Assembly: GCA_965237675.1 (NCBI GenBank)
Contig: OZ250150.1
Location: 1,472,001-1,536,000, forward strand
Source: Candidatus Latescibacterota bacterium
GTDB lineage: Bacteria > Latescibacterota > UBA2968 > GCA-2709665
Length of the DNA: 64,000 nucleotides
Direction: 5' to 3'
Part shown: positions 18,316-26,879 of the stretch, in pieces
Position numbering within the stretch: the first letter of the stretch is position 1
How the letters are laid out: each line of letters opens with the position of its first letter
Translations under genes and position numbers: made by a program
Notes under the pieces: generated by a model
What the model saw: only the letters and a program-made list of their open reading frames with translations
Told to the model about the DNA's origin: nothing
Database searches by the model: none

Positions 18316-19782
18316 TTAAGCAATTGCTTTCATCTTGGCTTTGAGGTATTCCATTGGGCGGTCGCCTTTAACACGGTTGCAATGCCCACAAAGGAGTTGC
18401 AGATTCTCCCGCTCGTGACTGCCGCCTTGTGATTTAGGTATGAAATGGTCGATTTCCAAATGTTGGACCTCGAATTTCGTAAAACAACCGTAGCATTTTG
18501 AATTTTGCTTTCCGAATAGGTGGAATTTGTCTTCCTCTGTTGGTGCTTTCTTGTGCGGGATGTCGGTTCTTGTTGGAACATTTGTTCTGAAGATAGGTTC
18601 GCCCCGGAACAAGTCGGACGGTACTTCTTTCACGAGACGTTCTTTAACCAGGTCGTATGCTTTGTGTGATACATCAATACCTATCCATTGCCTTTGAAGA
18701 TTTTCGGCGGCGATACAGGTCGTTGCGCAACCACAGAAGGGGTCGGGAACGATATTCCCTTTGTTGGAACTGGCATTTAGGATGCGATCCATTAGCGCAA
18801 GGGGCTTCTGTGTTGGATAGCCCACACATTCGCGTCTGGATGGGGGGTGGATATCTGTCCATATATCCTGTAAGGGTACACCCGGCATTTCGTCCAGATA
18901 GCGTTTATATCTAGGCATGCCTGTCTGGGAGTAGACAATCCTGCCTTCACGTGCGAATTCGTGCATTTTTTCCTTGGAATAAGCCCAGGAACGGCCTCGG
19001 TATGGAGGGACGCCTTTATATTCCCAGTTTGGTTCAGGATTTTCCCATTGGTTGCGAAGATCGCTTTCCCAATCGTCACCCCGTAGGCGCTTGACCCTCC
19101 ATTCGTATAGAGTGTCGCCTCCAGGTTTAGCGGCTGTCAGGTTATCCTTTTGGTAATGGCGATTTGTTTCTGGTTCAACGAACCGATAGGTATTCTCAAC
19201 ATAGTCCTTGTCATATTTGGTAAAGACGGGGTTCCAGCACCAGTTGTTGGTTTTTGTGTAGAAGAGTATTATATCGTGTATCCTGCCATGCAGTTTTCTG
19301 CCCTGTTTGGTGTCGCTATGTGCGGTTGTTCGTTTCCAACTTATTTCTGTACGAAAGTTTTCCACGCCGAAAACAGTATCCATGAGCAGTTTTAGATAAT
19401 GACTGGCCGTGGGGTCACAATGGAGGTAGATGCTTCCTGTCTCCTTTAAGATTCTACCCATCTCCATCAACCGCACGGCCATGTAGATAAGGTAGTATTT
19501 GGCCGAACTGCTTCCAATATCGCCCACTGAATCGAGATATTTATACAACTTAGGGTATTTGTCAATTATCTGATTATGCCATTCATCTTTGACACTATCC
19601 GGCGTCCAGATATCGGAAAAGTCAGCGCCTTCGGCGGTTGTACCGATCGGCGCATGGAACTGGCGTCCCTTATTGAACGGCGGGTCCAGGTATATGAGGT
19701 CTATTGAGTCACTGTTCAGGCCCCGGAGGATGGGTAGGTTGTCATGACAGAAAATTGTTCTTGGCTTTGCATTCAGGTTCAT
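18316..19782 (-). CDS. Beta-class amino-DNA methyltransferase fused to a C-terminal HNH endonuclease domain
   Basis: DLIYLDPPF, YPTQKP, DPFCGCATT; then CYGC..EIDHFIPKSQGG...NLQLLCGHCNRVKG. Confidence 0.9.
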   Translation of the reverse strand: MNLNAKPRTIFCHDNLPILRGLNSDSIDLIYLDPPFNKGRQFHAPIGTTAEGADFSDIWTPDSVKDEWHNQIIDKYPKLYKYLDSVGDIGSSSAKYYLIYMAVRLMEMGRILKETGSIYLHCDPTASHYLKLLMDTVFGVENFRTEISWKRTTAHSDTKQGRKLHGRIHDIILFYTKTNNWCWNPVFTKYDKDYVENTYRFVEPETNRHYQKDNLTAAKPGGDTLYEWRVKRLRGDDWESDLRNQWENPEPNWEYKGVPPYRGRSWAYSKEKMHEFAREGRIVYSQTGMPRYKRYLDEMPGVPLQDIWTDIHPPSRRECVGYPTQKPLALMDRILNASSNKGNIVPDPFCGCATTCIAAENLQRQWIGIDVSHKAYDLVKERLVKEVPSDLFRGEPIFRTNVPTRTDIPHKKAPTEEDKFHLFGKQNSKCYGCFTKFEVQHLEIDHFIPKSQGGSHERENLQLLCGHCNRVKGDRPMEYLKAKMKAIA

Positions 19783-20011
19783 GCTAAACCCCTCTATGAT
19801 AAGCCACTAAAAAACCGTTTAACAGCGTGACGCGGATTACGGGATTTTTGCTTGTCATTTAAATATCTTTTTAGTATCTTTTGGTTAGATTATAACCATA
19901 ATGGCGGGCAATTCCCAAATATTTATAACTTTACAATCAAGCCATATCTTCTTATCTTAGAGGATGTTACATAAATAAGTCTATTCAGGAACCAGCCCAG
20001 CGGAGGGTACG

Positions 20012-20167
20012 ATGGAAACTCAAAAGGCTCGAAAACGCGGAAGGCCGATAGAGAAACCCATGCCGGAAAAAATCGACCTGGACCCGGAAGAGGTGGCCAA
20101 GGTTCTGATGCGAACACCGATCAAGGATACGACGCAATGGCGGTATCTGGAGAAGAAAACAGTTTAG
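20012..20167 (+). CDS. Small 51-aa basic protein, IS cargo (absent from the ORF track)
   Basis: GGAGGG RBS; METQKARKRGRPIEKPMPEKIDLDPEEVAKVLMRTPIKDTTQWRYLEKKTV*. Confidence 0.65.
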   Translation: METQKARKRGRPIEKPMPEKIDLDPEEVAKVLMRTPIKDTTQWRYLEKKTV

Positions 20168-20580
20168 AAGATCGAGATCCTTTGTGGAGCATCAAATCAG
20201 AAGACAGGGCGCTGTTTAATGGTATTTCCTTTATTTCATTTCTCGTGTGTGTAGCGATTATGGTTGTTGTTCCGTTGTTTAGCGAGAAGAGGCCGACTTT
20301 TGATGCTGCAATTAAGGCTGCCATTACAAGTGCTGGCGCGTCGGTCGTTTTCGCTTTCGTCGTTTTAGGAGGTAAAGACACAATGGGGGCCTTGACAGAG
20401 TGGGTCAGGAAAAGGAATTTCGAGCAGGGGGAAAAGGCGGGGATCGAAAAGGGGATCGAAAAGGGGATCGAAAAGGGGATCGATCAAAGGGATCAGCAGT
20501 GGAACGCATACTTGAAGCAGAAAGGAATAGATGTACCAAGTCCCCCTCCGCCACCTGATAAGAATACAGCTAAGCAATAA
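20137..20580 (+). CDS. Two-TM membrane protein with GIEK repeats and poly-Pro tail, IS cargo
   Basis: Two hydrophobic segments; tandem GGGATCGAAAAG 12-mers. Confidence 0.6.
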   Translation: MAVSGEENSLEDRDPLWSIKSEDRALFNGISFISFLVCVAIMVVVPLFSEKRPTFDAAIKAAITSAGASVVFAFVVLGGKDTMGALTEWVRKRNFEQGEKAGIEKGIEKGIEKGIDQRDQQWNAYLKQKGIDVPSPPPPPDKNTAKQ

Positions 20581-21510
20581 GGTCCTTGTATCTCAACCTC
20601 TTGCCGACCATGTTGATTACAACATCCGCCATTTGGTCGGCGGTATCCAGATCGCGGACGTTGTGACGACCACAGAACTCATTGACATAACGTCGCAAAT
20701 GCTGATCGCTCATTTTGTGGTAGGTTCCGTAGTATCCCCGCTTCAGCAATGACCAGAATGATTCAATACCGTTTGTGTGCGCCTGCCCCTGCACGTATTC
20801 CCCCACGCCATGCTTGACTGCTTTATGGTGAACCCCCGACAGCCCTTTGTAGGCCGCTGCTTCATCCGTATATACCGTTGTGTCCTTCTCTCCGTATGCC
20901 GTGCAACAAAGCCCTTCAGCGTTGGCCCATCAACGGATGGCGCAATCGCTGCCTCTACCTTGTTTGTATCTCTGTCACGCGCCCCCACGACTGCCGTTTT
21001 TCCAACTGTCCCGCGTCCAGCATTCAATTTCTTTTTGGAATGCTTGTTTCGTTCTTTGCCACCGACAAATGTTTCATCTACCTCCACCGGTCCGGCAAAC
21101 GTCGTTTCCCCCCTGTCAAATGTCTCGCGGATTCTGTGGGCCATGTGCCAGGCTGTTTTCTGAGTCACACCAATATCCCGATGCAGTTTCATGCTTGACG
21201 TTCCCTTTATGCCCGTTGTCATAAGATAAATCGCTATTGCCCATTTGCGATAACCGATCTTTGACGATTGCATGAGCGTTCCGGTCTTGACAGAAAAGAA
21301 CTTCCGACAGTCCATGCAATGATAGGGCATTGTCGGATGGCCGCCGTTGCGTTTGACTCGCAGGCTGTCACAATGGGCACAATGAACGGTATTGTCCCAA
21401 CGTTTTTCAATAAACCACTGTTCCGCTATATCGTCTGTTGGAAATTTGTCGAATAGCTGAATCAGCGTGATACCTTCTCTGTCTGATCTTCCCGGCGCTT
21501 TGTGTTCCAT
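20570..21510 (-). pseudogene. IS1595-family transposase, frameshifted
   Basis: Zn ribbon CAHC..CMDC, VEVDET, HTNGIESFWSLLKR, YVNEF; an extra GA in GAGAGA near 20886-20892 breaks the TEKDTTVYTDE frame. Confidence 0.9.
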
Positions 21511-21551
21511 GACAACCTCCAAAGAATCAATTGTTTATTAATTACAGTAGA

Positions 21552-21580
21552 AAGATAAACAAAAATTTGGGGATTGTCAA
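21552..21580 (-). promoter_or_regulatory. Sigma70-like transposase promoter
   Basis: TTGACA-17 nt-TATCTT just inside the TIR. Confidence 0.6.
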
Positions 21581-21611
21581 GGGAAAACGTTTACTTTGGT
21601 ATATAATTCCC

Positions 21612-21766
21612 ATAAATATGGCCAGGCTAGCGTACCTGCAGGCTGGTCTAAGTACGGCGAACTTTAAGAGTGTGGTGTACTGGGAGTAGATTAGTAACGC
21701 GGCAAGCGCCGACAAGATGGCAATGATGTCACGCGGCCATCTGACTAAGTTGGATCTGTCACGCAT
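21612..21766 (-). pseudogene. 5' fragment of a paralog of 24372-26876, cut by the IS1595 TIR
   Basis: MRDRSNLVRWPRDIIAILS..LAIF nearly identical to the intact paralog start. Confidence 0.9.
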
Positions 21767-21769
21767 CGG

Positions 21770-24277
21770 TTACCTTCCTTCGCTAACCGGTTCCAACCAC
21801 TGCCTGATCTGACCGGCCTGCGGATGGCTGGGTTCGAGTTCCAATGTTTTCTCAAAATGAACCCTGGCTTGGTCGCCACGTTTCAAGGCCCGATATGACA
21901 GGCCCAGGAGCAGGTGTGCGTTCGCGTGGTTGGGGTTCAGTTGAACGGCTTTTTGGATATATGGGATCGCTTTTTCGTGTTCCCTCATGTCGTAGTACGT
22001 ATCGCCGATGTTCAGATAGGCCATCGCGTTCGCCTGGCCTCCCTGAAGCTCGAGCGCTTTCTCCAAGTGTTCAATGGCCTCCGGGTAACGGCCCCTGGCT
22101 CTGTGAATCAATCCGAGATTCCTATGAGCCCGGGCATCGTCGGGTTGCAGTTCCAGGGCTCTTTCAAGGTATTGGATACCGGTGTCGTACCGGCCGATTA
22201 TGCCGTAGACAGCACCGAGGTTCGCATGGGCAGCGGCGTGTTCGGGTTGGATAGCAACCGCTTCTTTAAGGAGTTCGATCGCACGGTCGTTCTGCCCTGC
22301 GTCACTGCAGGCCAAGGCGAGGTCCACCAATGTGCGGGTGTGCCGGGGCCGCAACGTGTTGGCTTTTTCAAGGTGAAGGATCGCCCTGGCGTGCTGCCCC
22401 GCGAGGCGGTATGCCCTGCCCAGATTACCGTGAGTGGTGGCGCTTTTCGGTTGTAGCACGACGGCTTTTTGGATGTGTTCAATGGATTTGGCGAGTTGCC
22501 CGGTTCTTTGGAATAATGCGCCGAGGTTCATATGTGCATTAGTTAAATCGGGTTGCAGTGCGATGGCCCTCCTGGTGTATTCGATGGCTTTTTCGACCTG
22601 GCCCATATCGCTATAGGCGGCGCCGAGGTTCATATATGGAAGGGCGAGGTCCGGGCGGAGGTTGACAGCTTCCTTGTAGTATTCAATCGCATTGGCGGAC
22701 TGCCCCGTTTCTCGGTACACGTTCCCCACGACCAACCAGCGATTGGGATTGGTCGGGTCGGCGTTCAGCGCACGTTTATATGCTTCGAGGGCCGCTGATG
22801 GGTTCTCCTGCTGTCCATGGAATTTGCCCAGGCTGAGCCAGCCGGTAGCGCTGGCGTGGCCCGTAAGTGTGTGCAACTGATTCTCAAAACGTGCTTCCGC
22901 TGGTTCGGCGCTCGCGTTGACGCCAATCCATAAAAGGGTATGCAGAGCAGCCGCTCCGCAGATAAGAAAGCCGCGGTGAAAGAGACGCTCGCGCTCTCGC
23001 ATTCGTTCGACAAATGCGGCGGCCGCCCACAACGTGAGCGGAAGCGCAGGAAGAGATAGAATGTCCCAGTCTCGAAATGCGCCAATATTGGCTTTTGCGA
23101 TGAACGTAAAGAGGAGAGCAACAACGGTACACAAAGTGAGGAAGGTGTGACGGCCCAAATGGTTCTTTCGAAAAAGGAACAATGTCATACAGGCCGCGGG
23201 GGCCGCAAGCAGTTGCAGGTTTACGAAGTCCATTAGATGCGCGAACGAAAATATGCGATATTGCGCGTAATACCCCGGTTGCTCGAATAGAGGTAGGAAC
23301 TCGCCGCTACCCGTCCGGCCCAAGTAGCCCTCGAAGCTGACCCCGCTCAACCCCAAGCAAACAGCGGCGCCAAGAGGAACGCAGAAGAGGCCGGCCGTGG
23401 TGGCGAGGATGACTTTATAGGGCGGGGCATTTTCTTGTCTGTTACGATAATCTCGGTAGGCCAGGTATAGCAGAGACGGCCCAAAGATGGCGAGAACCCG
23501 ATGGAATACAATCAGCACGCCTAGAAGCAGCGCGGGAACAGAGAGGTGCACGCGGTTTTCTAGTGTGCGCTGTCCCAAGAATAGGTAGAGGAGGAGTCCT
23601 GGTATGTATAGTGCGTAATTCTCCACGTATCCGAAGAATTGCTGGATGAAACCTGCCGTAAGGAGAAACGCAAGAAAGACGGATCTTTCCAAGGCGTTCT
23701 TGCCAAGAGCGGCGGCAACCGGGAAGGAAAGTAGAACGTACAGGGTACCTGAAATGTAGCTGTACAGACGGTAGGTGTTTTCGGCGGTTACCCAAAGGGC
23801 GCCGCCCGCCCGGTGCAGGGTGCCTATTAGGGCATAGGTGAGCGGTGCCCGGTATTTGTCGTGCCAGGTGTCAGCTTCGAGTTTTTCAAGCAGGTGGTAC
23901 CCGTCGCCCAGGAAATGCCTGGAGGAGGAGAGCGCGATAAAGGCGGCGAGCGCAATGAGCAGCAACGCGGTCCGCGTGATCCAGACGCGGCGGCCCTGAC
24001 CCCACAGCGACAACGGGACGGCGCACGCACATGCGCGGACCTGCCGGCGGAACCCCGGAATAAACAGGAGGACGGCAAGAAGTATAAACAGTGCCTGGAT
24101 CGGCACGGGCATATAGAATAGAAAGTCGACGCCCCACATGGGGTTGGGTCGCCAGACGAGCGGCAGGAGGTGGAGACCCAGGAATATGGCTGCGATGATG
24201 GCGGGTCGTGAAATTGCGCGTCCCTCTGGTTGGCTCACTTCTGTGTTCGGGTTGTTGCTCAAGTGAAGGTCTTCCAT
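21770..24277 (-). CDS. Multi-pass membrane protein with C-terminal TPR array, copy B
   Basis: Many TM helices, RHFLGDGY, FFGYVENY, FRDWDI; about 10 TPRs. Confidence 0.88.
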   Translation of the reverse strand: MEDLHLSNNPNTEVSQPEGRAISRPAIIAAIFLGLHLLPLVWRPNPMWGVDFLFYMPVPIQALFILLAVLLFIPGFRRQVRACACAVPLSLWGQGRRVWITRTALLLIALAAFIALSSSRHFLGDGYHLLEKLEADTWHDKYRAPLTYALIGTLHRAGGALWVTAENTYRLYSYISGTLYVLLSFPVAAALGKNALERSVFLAFLLTAGFIQQFFGYVENYALYIPGLLLYLFLGQRTLENRVHLSVPALLLGVLIVFHRVLAIFGPSLLYLAYRDYRNRQENAPPYKVILATTAGLFCVPLGAAVCLGLSGVSFEGYLGRTGSGEFLPLFEQPGYYAQYRIFSFAHLMDFVNLQLLAAPAACMTLFLFRKNHLGRHTFLTLCTVVALLFTFIAKANIGAFRDWDILSLPALPLTLWAAAAFVERMRERERLFHRGFLICGAAALHTLLWIGVNASAEPAEARFENQLHTLTGHASATGWLSLGKFHGQQENPSAALEAYKRALNADPTNPNRWLVVGNVYRETGQSANAIEYYKEAVNLRPDLALPYMNLGAAYSDMGQVEKAIEYTRRAIALQPDLTNAHMNLGALFQRTGQLAKSIEHIQKAVVLQPKSATTHGNLGRAYRLAGQHARAILHLEKANTLRPRHTRTLVDLALACSDAGQNDRAIELLKEAVAIQPEHAAAHANLGAVYGIIGRYDTGIQYLERALELQPDDARAHRNLGLIHRARGRYPEAIEHLEKALELQGGQANAMAYLNIGDTYYDMREHEKAIPYIQKAVQLNPNHANAHLLLGLSYRALKRGDQARVHFEKTLELEPSHPQAGQIRQWLEPVSEGR

Positions 24278-24371
24278 TTCACGTGCGTCGTACGGGCGAC
24301 GAGGTCGGAGCAGCAAATCGGTCCACCCACAGCAGATACACACGATTCTGCCCGATGATCAAGGTGTACCC

Positions 24372-26876
24372 TTAATTCACCGGGTATCTATGCTTGTTCT
24401 TAAGGAAATACTTTATCGGTACACTGTGACGAGCCCGCCATCCGAAGTATCCGATGCAAGCAGTGACCAATGCGATGTTCAGGATAAGCAATCCGCGTCT
24501 CAGTGGTGACAGAACGGGTTTCAAGACGATGCGATGTTCCCCCTCGTTCAGGCGCACGGCGATGAACCGTCCAGCCGTCTGGTAGGGCACGACTTGCCTG
24601 GAGTTGACGGTCACGTTCAGATAGGGAGAATACGCATAGGCCAATCGGGCAAAGCATGCACTGGAGGTGCGGACGAGTATCTCAACGCGCTGATTCCAGG
24701 TTCGGTGCTCGAGCACCTGGACCGAAGGCGAGGTACCAAGATCTTCTCCGCCCTTATACCCTGCCAACAGTATCTGGTCGCAGGTGTTTTCCGACTGGTC
24801 TAAGCCGATTGCCTTTATCAATTGTAATAATGCCGATTGAGCTTGAGAGTCTACGTGGCTATTTACCGGAAGATCCCAACCCTGGACAGTTGAAGAGACG
24901 ACTACTGGTGAAGCGGCCGGTACCGTCCAGATCATTAGTTCTTTTTTATTGGAATGGCGCGCGATAAAGCGCTTCGTATTCAACAAGTAAAGCCCGTCGT
25001 TAAGAGGTCCGAAATTCTGCGCGGCGGGCGATTCGAGCCTCTCCGCCTTTCTTATCGAAGAATTGAGCGACTTCTCCAAGGGATGGCAGAAGATATTTGT
25101 AGCCAGTGGCGCTTCATTGAATAAGCCAAGAAACGTCACTAAGCCCGTCTTGATAGTCAAGTACGAGATGGAAAATGGACGATACTCAGAGTCTGTTGCA
25201 TAATAACTGCGAAAATTGGGGATTTCACCATTAGGGAACTGCGATGCCTCGCTTTGCAGTAGCTGGGTTGCTTTAGTGCCTACGATCAGTGGTCGTTTCA
25301 GATCACTGTGGCGTAAATAGGGCTGTTGAAAGGTAGTCGGTCCCAAATCAACGAATACGATTATCAGCAGAATGGTGAAAATATGGATGCCCGTTCCCCG
25401 ACGGCAAAAAAAACGGACGAGAGAGATGGAACTCACGCCGACCGTTACCGACAAAAAGAAGACAACAAAAAGCAGGTAGCGCCCCGCGTTGAATGCCTGA
25501 ACGAAGCTCAGGGAACCTAACGGCCATCGATACCCGAAAACCAATAAAAAGGAGACCGTCAGGCATGCAACTGCTGGCCACAATTTCGAAGGCAGGTCTG
25601 CAGCCAACGTCATCTTGAAATCTTCCTGTTTCGCGGATCCGGACGCATGCGGGCCCGGTTGACGACTCCTGAACAGCAGCGTACCAGCCAGCCCCACCAG
25701 GGACAGTGCGATTAGCGACAGTCCCAAATAGCCGCCGTACCAGTGGTTGGTTTCAATGAAGAAAAGACGGAAGCGATAGTTGGACCAGATGAGAAGCTGG
25801 CCCAAGGTTGGATCCGGCAGGCCCGAAAGGTTGACGCCTAAATTCAGTCCGACGTTTTCCCGCTCCAACCACATCGGAAGTGTAAGATAGGCGCCAAAAG
25901 CCATGCCTCCCGTCAACAGCAACAGACTGTGCCAGGAGACGGAGCGGTTCGCGTGACGGCCTGTGTCGATCCAAATCCGAATGCACACGTAAAGACCAAA
26001 CAACACCGTGGCCCAAAAAGCGTAGCCCGGATGTGTGAAGGCCAACAATCCCAGGGTCAGCCCGCCTCCCATCGCACTCGGCAATTTAGGAGTACGCGCC
26101 CTAAGACGCTCGAAGAAGTAGAAAGGAAAGGGAAGCACGGCATAAAACACCGAGAGTGGGTATCTCCCCATTATGAGGACCTGCTGGGTATGCCAGACAC
26201 ACATCACGTAGGCCATTGCCGCCATAAAGCCAGCTTGTCTGTTGAAGAGCGTCCGTACGAACAGATACATCCCGATCCCCGAAATCACATGGCTGGCCCC
26301 CATAATGAACTTTAGTGAGAATTCCAGATCAGAAAAAAGCTGATTGACCGCACCCGACAGGTAGAAGAAGAGAAAGCCATAGAACTGGCAGTATGGACCG
26401 CCCGTTCCGAAGTAATTCGTCCATATGGGGAACTCTCCCTGGGAGAACGCCTGGGAAGCAATCCAGGCATAGCCGATATGAAAGTTCGCATCGCCAGCCC
26501 ATGCGAGTCCTCCCCGAGAGAAATAATAGCGAGCGCAAAACAGGCAGGCGATGACCAAAACCAAAAGTGTCCGCTTCTCGGTCTCGAATACCTTGCTCAG
26601 AAATGTCGACAGACGCTTTTTGCGTAGTTCCAGGACGATGATGGTCACGAATAAGGCAACAATCAGGCCTGCCACAATCGCATCTGACATATCGAACTGT
26701 ACATGCCGTTTTACGACCGGTACAAATATGGCTAAGCTACGGTACCTCTTGGCCGGTCCAAGTACCGCGAACTTAAAGAGTGTGGTATACTGGGAATAGA
26801 TCAGTAACACAGCAAGCGACAACAGGATTGCGATAATTTCACGTGGCCATCTGACTAAGTTGGATCTGTCACGCAT
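24372..26876 (-). CDS. Integral membrane GT-C-like protein (PTPS-related/YfhO-like)
   Basis: GDANFH, FPIWTNYFGTG.P..QFYG.L, many TMs, C-terminal AYSPY..VTVN..LNEGEHRIVL. Confidence 0.75.
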   Translation of the reverse strand: MRDRSNLVRWPREIIAILLSLAVLLIYSQYTTLFKFAVLGPAKRYRSLAIFVPVVKRHVQFDMSDAIVAGLIVALFVTIIVLELRKKRLSTFLSKVFETEKRTLLVLVIACLFCARYYFSRGGLAWAGDANFHIGYAWIASQAFSQGEFPIWTNYFGTGGPYCQFYGFLFFYLSGAVNQLFSDLEFSLKFIMGASHVISGIGMYLFVRTLFNRQAGFMAAMAYVMCVWHTQQVLIMGRYPLSVFYAVLPFPFYFFERLRARTPKLPSAMGGGLTLGLLAFTHPGYAFWATVLFGLYVCIRIWIDTGRHANRSVSWHSLLLLTGGMAFGAYLTLPMWLERENVGLNLGVNLSGLPDPTLGQLLIWSNYRFRLFFIETNHWYGGYLGLSLIALSLVGLAGTLLFRSRQPGPHASGSAKQEDFKMTLAADLPSKLWPAVACLTVSFLLVFGYRWPLGSLSFVQAFNAGRYLLFVVFFLSVTVGVSSISLVRFFCRRGTGIHIFTILLIIVFVDLGPTTFQQPYLRHSDLKRPLIVGTKATQLLQSEASQFPNGEIPNFRSYYATDSEYRPFSISYLTIKTGLVTFLGLFNEAPLATNIFCHPLEKSLNSSIRKAERLESPAAQNFGPLNDGLYLLNTKRFIARHSNKKELMIWTVPAASPVVVSSTVQGWDLPVNSHVDSQAQSALLQLIKAIGLDQSENTCDQILLAGYKGGEDLGTSPSVQVLEHRTWNQRVEILVRTSSACFARLAYAYSPYLNVTVNSRQVVPYQTAGRFIAVRLNEGEHRIVLKPVLSPLRRGLLILNIALVTACIGYFGWRARHSVPIKYFLKNKHRYPVN

Positions 26877-26879
26877 CGG

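Larger units (their letters stand above)
18286..21611 (-). mobile_element. IS1595-family transposon with passenger genes
   Basis: Perfect 23-bp TIRs GGGAATTATATACCAAAGTAAAC (18286-18308) and GTTTACTTTGGTATATAATTCCC (21589-21611); IS1595 transposase inside; visibly more AT-rich. Confidence 0.93.

Noticed and set aside
18316-18560. IscB/Cas9-like RNA-guided HNH nuclease
   Set aside because: The HNH is fused to a methyltransferase; no RuvC motifs, bridge helix or adjacent guide-like RNA seen
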